From IMG/VR virus record IMGVR_UViG_3300042400_000593: a DNA stretch of 64,000 nt; one strand, given 5' to 3'. Under the pieces are notes generated by a model that searched no databases, was not told where the DNA came from, and was given only the letters and a program-made list of their open reading frames with translations. Positions 58,496 through 64,000 of this stretch are shown here, piece after piece. The first letter of the stretch is position 1; each line of letters opens with the position of its first letter. The position numbers and the translations under genes are program-made. Source of the stretch: a virus (lineage: Duplodnaviria > Heunggongvirae > Uroviricota > Caudoviricetes).

Positions 58496-58524
58496 AGTAT
58501 AACACCGCCTTGCGGCGGTGTCAA
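58496..58524 (-). promoter_or_regulatory. sigma70-type promoter whose spacer is a perfect GCAA-loop hairpin
   Basis: TTGACA (58524-58519), 17 nt, TATACT (58501-58496); ACACCGCC-GCAA-GGCGGTGT spans 58521-58502. Confidence 0.8.
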
Positions 58525-58535
58525 CTGCTTTGAAA

Positions 58536-59627
58536 TTACTGACCGCTAGCAGCAGTAATATATTTGCCATACTTAGCATGGAAATCGTCAAAACATTCAA
58601 TTTCGTCTGGCTCTAAAGGTAATTTGTATTGGCACAATGCAAGTTTAGTACCCATAATTGCAATTTCTGTTTCAAAATTATTCATTAAAAACAGGAAGTA
58701 ATTGTTAACTTGGTCATTCCAATTAGGTACTTTTTTACTAGCAGCCTCTTTTAACTCATAGCATAAACTAATTGTTAATGAGTACATTGCTGAAATCTCT
58801 TTAGTTTCACATTTTGTAATTTTGCCTTCAAGTACTGAGCGTGGATCAGGCAATTTACTTGCAAACTGTCTGTGTGCCATAAACTTAATACCAAGTCCTT
58901 CGCCAATTGAACCTGCAACTAGATCGGACAATGTGTCAGAATCAACATCGTTATCTGCAAGCAACTCACTTACAAAGCTCCACGAACGTGGCGTAGCAAA
59001 TGCACGTGAACTCGATTTAGTATCAAATGTATACAAGTCCTGTTTGCTTGCTGTTAAGAAACCAACTACGTCTGGATGAATATTGTTTTCTGTAGCCCAG
59101 TCAAAATAATCATCCCATTCAACAGCCATTTCTAAATGCACAAATCTGTTAGCCAACGGGGCTGGCATACGATAAGTAACACCTTTGTCTGTTTCTCTGT
59201 TACCAGCAGCAACAATTACAACATTTTCTGGCAACTCATATTGACCAACACGACGATTTAAAATAAGCTGATAAGCAGCAGCTTGAACACTAGGCGCAGC
59301 AGAATTCATCTCGTCTAAAAACAAAATGATGCTTTTGTGTTTTGCAGCAAACGCTTTGCTAGGAAGTTCTGAAGGTGGAGCCCATACCATTGTTTGGTCT
59401 ACTGAATCAAAGTATGGAATACCTTTAATATCTGTTGGCTCCCATAAACTTAATCGCACGTCGATCACATGTGCAGTTAACTCACTACCTAATTGTTTAA
59501 TAATATCAGATTTACCAATGCCTGGAGGACCCCAAATAAAGATTGGACGTTTGCTGTTAAACGCTTTACGTAAGCATTTTTTAGCGTTTTTAGGACCGAC
59601 TGTACGTGAAGTGATTTCGTTGCTCAT
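58536..59627 (-). CDS. MoxR-like AAA+ ATPase
   Basis: Walker A GPPGIGKS, Walker B LFLDEMN, AAGNR, PAPLANRF; likely start MSNEIT. Confidence 0.9.
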   Translation of the reverse strand: MSNEITSRTVGPKNAKKCLRKAFNSKRPIFIWGPPGIGKSDIIKQLGSELTAHVIDVRLSLWEPTDIKGIPYFDSVDQTMVWAPPSELPSKAFAAKHKSIILFLDEMNSAAPSVQAAAYQLILNRRVGQYELPENVVIVAAGNRETDKGVTYRMPAPLANRFVHLEMAVEWDDYFDWATENNIHPDVVGFLTASKQDLYTFDTKSSSRAFATPRSWSFVSELLADNDVDSDTLSDLVAGSIGEGLGIKFMAHRQFASKLPDPRSVLEGKITKCETKEISAMYSLTISLCYELKEAASKKVPNWNDQVNNYFLFLMNNFETEIAIMGTKLALCQYKLPLEPDEIECFDDFHAKYGKYITAASGQ

Positions 59628-59721
59628 AGTGTAATTCCTCATAGTGAGTTAAAAAAATAAAGTTAAATATAATAAGTAAGCAGTGCGTAAGTTGTTGCGT
59701 TGCTAACTAACTATGCTGCAT

Positions 59722-59749
59722 ATTATACAGTATTTTTAACAAACGTCAA
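59722..59749 (-). promoter_or_regulatory. sigma70-type promoter upstream of the AAA ATPase
   Basis: TTGACG (59749-59744), 16 nt, TATAAT (59727-59722). Confidence 0.7.
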
Positions 59750-59756
59750 GAACTTT

Positions 59757-60146
59757 TTACAAGTTGTTTTGCCGTTCTCGCATTGCTTTAGATAATCCAT
59801 ATCTCCGTATGTCATCTGAAAAGAAATACAATTCAACACATTTGCGTTCGTTGAATACTGTTATGCTTTTATAAGTTAAGTAATAAGGGCAGTCAATATA
59901 TCTTTCTAAAAAAATGATTGTTTGCGGACTGAGTTCTATTGTATCTGTAAATGGAATTTCGTATGCTTTGAGGTCTAATGTTTTAGTTAGAAATTCAAAT
60001 CCGTCGTCAGATAATCTTAATGCAGCAGGTTTTTCTGATCGAACTGATTGCCACCATTTACGAGAAAATAATTTCACGTTAGTGTCATCTGAACTCTTAC
60101 CCCACTGCTCTAAGAAGATTTTTGTTAATGCAGCTTGCGTGATCAT
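59757..60146 (-). CDS. Hypothetical protein
   Basis: 129-aa ORF with a 4-nt overlap to its upstream neighbour. Confidence 0.7.
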   Translation of the reverse strand: MITQAALTKIFLEQWGKSSDDTNVKLFSRKWWQSVRSEKPAALRLSDDGFEFLTKTLDLKAYEIPFTDTIELSPQTIIFLERYIDCPYYLTYKSITVFNERKCVELYFFSDDIRRYGLSKAMRERQNNL

Positions 60147-60418
60147 CGTACTATAACCCCTTTAAATAGCTTTAGTACAGCGAAGTCGCTACAATTAAAT
60201 GTAGTGTTTAGCTTTTTAGCTAAGTTGTGTGCATGCCCTTCATTTGAGAAGCTGGTCTTTTTGTACTTGTAACTATTGTTGCTAGATATATTTTTTAAAT
60301 TAATCGGTTCATTACGATAGTATACAGCCCATATTGCATCAGCTTCTAAAATTTGGTCTATTTGATTTGTATTTGGATCAGTGTATTCTAAAAGTATACG
60401 TGGTTTAGGTCTCGACAT
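60143..60418 (-). CDS. Hypothetical protein
   Basis: 91 aa (MSRPKPRILLE...); SD GGAGG; GATAAATA at 60449-60442. Confidence 0.75.
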   Translation of the reverse strand: MSRPKPRILLEYTDPNTNQIDQILEADAIWAVYYRNEPINLKNISSNNSYKYKKTSFSNEGHAHNLAKKLNTTFNCSDFAVLKLFKGVIVR

Positions 60419-60449
60419 GAGGTCCTCCTATTAACTACGTATATTTATC

Positions 60450-60698
60450 CTATTTTTCTTCACTAAAGAAACCGCCATCGAGATTAACAGTAATAACTTC
60501 GCTGCTTTGTTGTTGCTTTAACGCTTCTAATAATTCACCGTAGTCACGATTAATTTGATCTAAAAGTTCAGTTAGTGCTAAATTAAGTAATCTAGCTTGT
60601 TGAATTGGCATTTTTACTTCTTTTTGTTGAGATAACTCAGTTGCACGCAACAACTGAGCAAACTGTGTAATAGGACTTGTATTAATCGTTTTTTGCAT
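60450..60698 (-). CDS. Hypothetical protein
   Basis: 82-aa ORF in a tightly packed run. Confidence 0.65.
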   Translation of the reverse strand: MQKTINTSPITQFAQLLRATELSQQKEVKMPIQQARLLNLALTELLDQINRDYGELLEALKQQQSSEVITVNLDGGFFSEEK

Positions 60699-61164
60699 TT
60701 GCTAATACCATTTTCATTTCAATTTCTGTTTTAAAAGGACCTTTATGGTCGTTGCGTTCTATAGTAATTGCCTTAGGACAAAAGCTCTTAACCCAGCCTT
60801 TTTCAAATTTAATTACATAATAACCAGCACAATACAAACTTTTACTTTGATCGCTCTTGGTAAATAACGGTAATTTACGTTTAACATCGTATACTGAATT
60901 ATATGGTTTACAGCTAGTTGGAAACCCATAACATTCATTAGTATCAACTGATGATACTTTTACATTGTTGTTAGATAAAAAGAATCCTGATCCAAATTGC
61001 TTAGTAAGTTCTTCTTTTTTGTTAAACATTACTTCGTTGTTATTGCTACTTAGTACATACTTATTTTCTTTTTTATGTAAAGTAGCAATTTTTAAACCGT
61101 CTTGTTCTACAATCCAAAATTTACCATCTACGATCGGTTTTGCATGTAGTTCGATTTCTACCAT
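60682..61164 (-). CDS. Hypothetical protein
   Basis: 160-aa ORF with SD AGGT; packed with its neighbours. Confidence 0.7.
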   Translation of the reverse strand: MVEIELHAKPIVDGKFWIVEQDGLKIATLHKKENKYVLSSNNNEVMFNKKEELTKQFGSGFFLSNNNVKVSSVDTNECYGFPTSCKPYNSVYDVKRKLPLFTKSDQSKSLYCAGYYVIKFEKGWVKSFCPKAITIERNDHKGPFKTEIEMKMVLANAKND

Positions 61165-61358
61165 GTATCTACACCTGATATTTCAATTGTTTGAGTAGTA
61201 GCAACCTCATTTACTATGTACGGAAACGAAATTTCTAGCAAGTATCCAATACCACTAGATCCGTCATACCCTACTTCTATTTTTTCTACATCTGGAAATT
61301 TTTCTAAAACTTCTAAAATTTCAAGTAATTCTTCTTTAAGTAATGTAATTTTTTTCAT
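61158..61358 (-). CDS. Small hypothetical protein (likely start MKKITLL)
   Basis: The ATG at 61358 directly follows the stop of the exonuclease gene. Confidence 0.55.
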   Translation of the reverse strand: MKKITLLKEELLEILEVLEKFPDVEKIEVGYDGSSGIGYLLEISFPYIVNEVATTQTIEISGVDTW

Positions 61359-61359
61359 A

Positions 61360-62346
61360 TTATTGTTTTGAATAGTTAGCTTGGAAAGGGATGCAATACT
61401 GTTGTATGCTATCGACAATGCGTTTCATTTCGTATGATTGACAAAATTTCATCATTCGGACACCCACTTGTGATATCTCTTTTGGTTTAGCATTTTCGGT
61501 AATAGTATCCTCAATTATTTTACGAATGTCTTCTGGTTGTTGTGTTAAATCAATCAATGTTCTGTTACGTTCGTAATCGTCCATTACACGATGTTCTACG
61601 CCGTTGTGATCAGTCCATCTTTGTAATAAAAAGTTATTCCACGAATATCCTTTAGTATTACGATCTTCAAATGCTTCAGTTAATCCTACTTTTTTCGAAG
61701 TGCCTTTTGTTCTAGCACCTGGATATGCTGAAAATACATTATCGCTAGTATCACCACGTATACACTTTTCAAACAACATCCACTCTGGATCAAATGGTTG
61801 TTTGTTTTCACCTGTCTTTTTATCTTTAATAGGTTTGCCTTTAGCATCAAAGTACCCTTCGTGTGTAATGTGATGATCAGCAACACCGTTATACTGACTA
61901 ACAGTAGGACTAATTAATTGTTGAAAGTCAGTATCTGTACTAAAAATGATATGTTTATCATTTGGGTGCATTTGAATAAATCCGGCAATTAAATCATCTG
62001 CTTCTAGTCGCGGATGTTGTAATACAGTACAATTAGTTTTATCACGTACAAATTCGCAAAACTCGTTAAATGCCTCCCAAAATATTTTATCTTCTTCTTG
62101 CTCTTTAACAGTCATTGCTGCACGAGTTTCTGCACGATTAGCTTTGTATGGCTTGTAAAAATCTTTACGCCAACTACGCCCTTCTAAACAAAATACTACG
62201 TGATGTCCGTCAAAATCATTCCATGTTTTCTTAATACCATTAAACATAATATGTAATGCCATACCGAGCTTAATATCGTCACTTCCTTTTACAGAATGAC
62301 GCGCTCTAGAAAACAAGTTTGCTGTATCTACTTCAATAAATGCCAT
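61360..62346 (-). CDS. 5'-3' exonuclease / flap endonuclease (T4 RNase H-like)
   Basis: EVDTANLF, SWRKDFYKPYKANR, EADDLIA, STDTDFQQL, GDTSDNV (FEN/PIN acidic residues). Confidence 0.9.
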   Translation of the reverse strand: MAFIEVDTANLFSRARHSVKGSDDIKLGMALHIMFNGIKKTWNDFDGHHVVFCLEGRSWRKDFYKPYKANRAETRAAMTVKEQEEDKIFWEAFNEFCEFVRDKTNCTVLQHPRLEADDLIAGFIQMHPNDKHIIFSTDTDFQQLISPTVSQYNGVADHHITHEGYFDAKGKPIKDKKTGENKQPFDPEWMLFEKCIRGDTSDNVFSAYPGARTKGTSKKVGLTEAFEDRNTKGYSWNNFLLQRWTDHNGVEHRVMDDYERNRTLIDLTQQPEDIRKIIEDTITENAKPKEISQVGVRMMKFCQSYEMKRIVDSIQQYCIPFQANYSKQ

Positions 62347-62355
62347 GTTACCTCT

Positions 62356-62793
62356 CTATAGTTTGTTAACTTTAAGGATTCCAAAATCTTGATCTGTAAT
62401 ATCAATACCTTCCGCTGCTGCAGCATTGTAACAGATATCTCTATACCAACGACCTACAATTTCATCTTCTGGATCACCATCAAAACCGTACCCTTCTTGT
62501 TTTAATTTTTCAATCCAGTAATCATTCCAATCGATTTCAAAGAATCCGTTTCTGACATTGTCTGGATTAACTCTAAAACCGATTACATCTACCCATGGTT
62601 CTTGTTTTAGTGTTGCTTTTTCTTTTTCAGTTAACGGTGCTTTCTCGACAGCAACTTTAGCTTTTGGTTTAGCTTTAGTTTTTGGTTTAGCTTTTAACTG
62701 TTGTTTAGCTTTAATTGCCGCTTGTACTTCTTGTTGGTGTTTTAATTGTGGATTTTCGCCACTAAACACTTTTTTTATAAAATTTCCAAACAT
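62356..62793 (-). CDS. Hypothetical protein
   Basis: 145 aa with a basic N-terminal half and EPWVDV...GFFEIDWN. Confidence 0.7.
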   Translation of the reverse strand: MFGNFIKKVFSGENPQLKHQQEVQAAIKAKQQLKAKPKTKAKPKAKVAVEKAPLTEKEKATLKQEPWVDVIGFRVNPDNVRNGFFEIDWNDYWIEKLKQEGYGFDGDPEDEIVGRWYRDICYNAAAAEGIDITDQDFGILKVNKL

Positions 62794-63635
62794 TATGTTC
62801 CCCAGTTGTTGCCGAAGAGAGGGAGGTGAAGTCTATCACTATATCTCAATCCGTGTTGTAATGCAAGTTCAGCTACACGCTGATTATTAAGATTGTATAC
62901 TTCAGTTACTCCGCCTACTGGCATTAAGTAAATTTCACCTTTAAATCCTTTATCTTTGTATAACTGCATTACTTCGAGTGCTTCAGTAACATCATCTTCA
63001 GACGCTACTACAAACTTTAAATATGACCCATGCCCTGAAAATTGATATTCGGTTACAATTTCAGGACGTATCGCTTTTTCTCTAGGCTCACCACTTACAC
63101 TTAGTTTAGGACTAATTGAAAACGTAGTTTGATACCGACGTTCTTGATATAAGTAATCTTCAAACGTGTTTAATAGTTCTTGTGTACCATTAGTTTCAAA
63201 TGTAATGTTTTTTAAGTCTGCAAGTTTAGGATGTCTTAGTAATTCTGGATATATTTGTTGCCAACCTGGTAATAATGGTTCGCCGCCTGTAATTACTAAG
63301 TGTACTCCACCCCATTCACCGTTAGGTAACAGCGCAATCATTCTGTCTACAATTTCATCAGTAGACATAGCTGGACTTAAATGCTTAAACTGCGGATATA
63401 TCGCAGCATATGAGTCACAACCAGTAGTTACTAATGGAAGTAAATTATAGCTTGTATATAATGATGCAGATTTTGCAAGATCCAAAGCTTCCGTACTTAA
63501 TTCACCGTTTTGCATTCCAAAACCTCTACAGCGAAAATTGCAACCAAATGTTCGTAAAAAAATTGACGGTACTCCCATAAATCGCCCTTCGCCTTGCAGT
63601 GAGTAAAATATCTCGCTTATTTTAATGTGTGACAT
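62793..63635 (-). CDS. queE: 7-carboxy-7-deazaguanine synthase (radical SAM)
   Basis: EIFYSLQGEG, FLRTFGCNFRC...GCDS, ITGGEPL, FETNGT, SISPKL, RLHLPL. Confidence 0.9.
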   Translation of the reverse strand: MSHIKISEIFYSLQGEGRFMGVPSIFLRTFGCNFRCRGFGMQNGELSTEALDLAKSASLYTSYNLLPLVTTGCDSYAAIYPQFKHLSPAMSTDEIVDRMIALLPNGEWGGVHLVITGGEPLLPGWQQIYPELLRHPKLADLKNITFETNGTQELLNTFEDYLYQERRYQTTFSISPKLSVSGEPREKAIRPEIVTEYQFSGHGSYLKFVVASEDDVTEALEVMQLYKDKGFKGEIYLMPVGGVTEVYNLNNQRVAELALQHGLRYSDRLHLPLFGNNWGT

Positions 63636-64000
63636 GTATTATCCTTGATTAATTTAGTTATACCAAATTCTTTAAAAGATTTTCCAACAAACGTTGAAAA
63701 CTCATTATGAATTGACGCAAATTTATGTGTTATAATAACATCATTATTAATAATAGTCAATGTATTTTTAGTAAATGTTGGATAAACTGTTAGTAGTTCT
63801 TTACTAGTGTTACAAAATCCTTTAGGTGTACAGTAAGAGTATTTAGATGCAGTTTGGCTTCTAACTATAGATTGTTGACAAACTATGCGTGGTCGTTTAC
63901 TAGCTTCTCTTTTTTTGTTAACAGTTGCTATACTGTCTTTTCTACCCTTTGCTAATGCAACATATATAATACCGTTATATTTGTCAAAAAGTTCTTTAGG
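63617..64000 (-). CDS. C-terminal part of an ORF truncated by the window edge, possibly a homing endonuclease DNA-binding tail
   Basis: Manual translation: 127 sense codons open from base 64000 (PKELFDKYNG...YSYCTPKGF...HTLK*), ending just inside the queE start. Basic composition. Confidence 0.5.
   Translation of the reverse strand, partial: PKELFDKYNGIIYVALAKGRKDSIATVNKKREASKRPRIVCQQSIVRSQTASKYSYCTPKGFCNTSKELLTVYPTFTKNTLTIINNDVIITHKFASIHNEFSTFVGKSFKEFGITKLIKDNTCHTLK

Noticed and set aside
1-64000. Stop-codon reassignment (alternative genetic code)
   Set aside because: Conserved genes, including the 4251-aa ORF, are full length in the standard code, and TAG, TGA and TAA all appear as real stops.
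1-64000. tRNA genes, CRISPR arrays, inteins
   Set aside because: No cloverleaf/T-loop motif, no repeat-spacer array and no intein-like insertion in the conserved enzymes were seen by eye. tRNAscan or a CRISPR finder would be needed to exclude them formally.

Overview
This 64-kb, AT-rich window is a fragment of a large, distantly T4-related myovirus (jumbo-type tailed phage). It reads cleanly in the standard genetic code. From left to right it holds: (1) head genes on the minus strand (a truncated acidic scaffold-like ORF, a small ORF, the portal) and a tape-measure-like gene; (2) a divergent gp26-like/gp51-like pair joined by what looks like a complete -1 programmed ribosomal frameshift signal; (3) a ~600-nt ORF-free, hairpin-rich candidate ncRNA next to RNase HI; (4) a recombination block (Hjc-type resolvase, gp46/gp47) with several free-standing endonuclease-like genes and a gp55-like late sigma factor; (5) a 36-kb plus-strand baseplate/tail-fibre operon with giant 4251-aa and 3054-aa proteins; (6) a minus-strand block with ThyX, a MoxR-like AAA ATPase/vWA-metallopeptidase pair, a T4 RNase H-like 5'-3' exonuclease and QueE. 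Host sigma70-type promoters and a recurring T4-late-like NNTAAATA motif are readable directly. No tRNA, rRNA or CRISPR array was seen. All product names come from motif recognition by eye, not from database searches.
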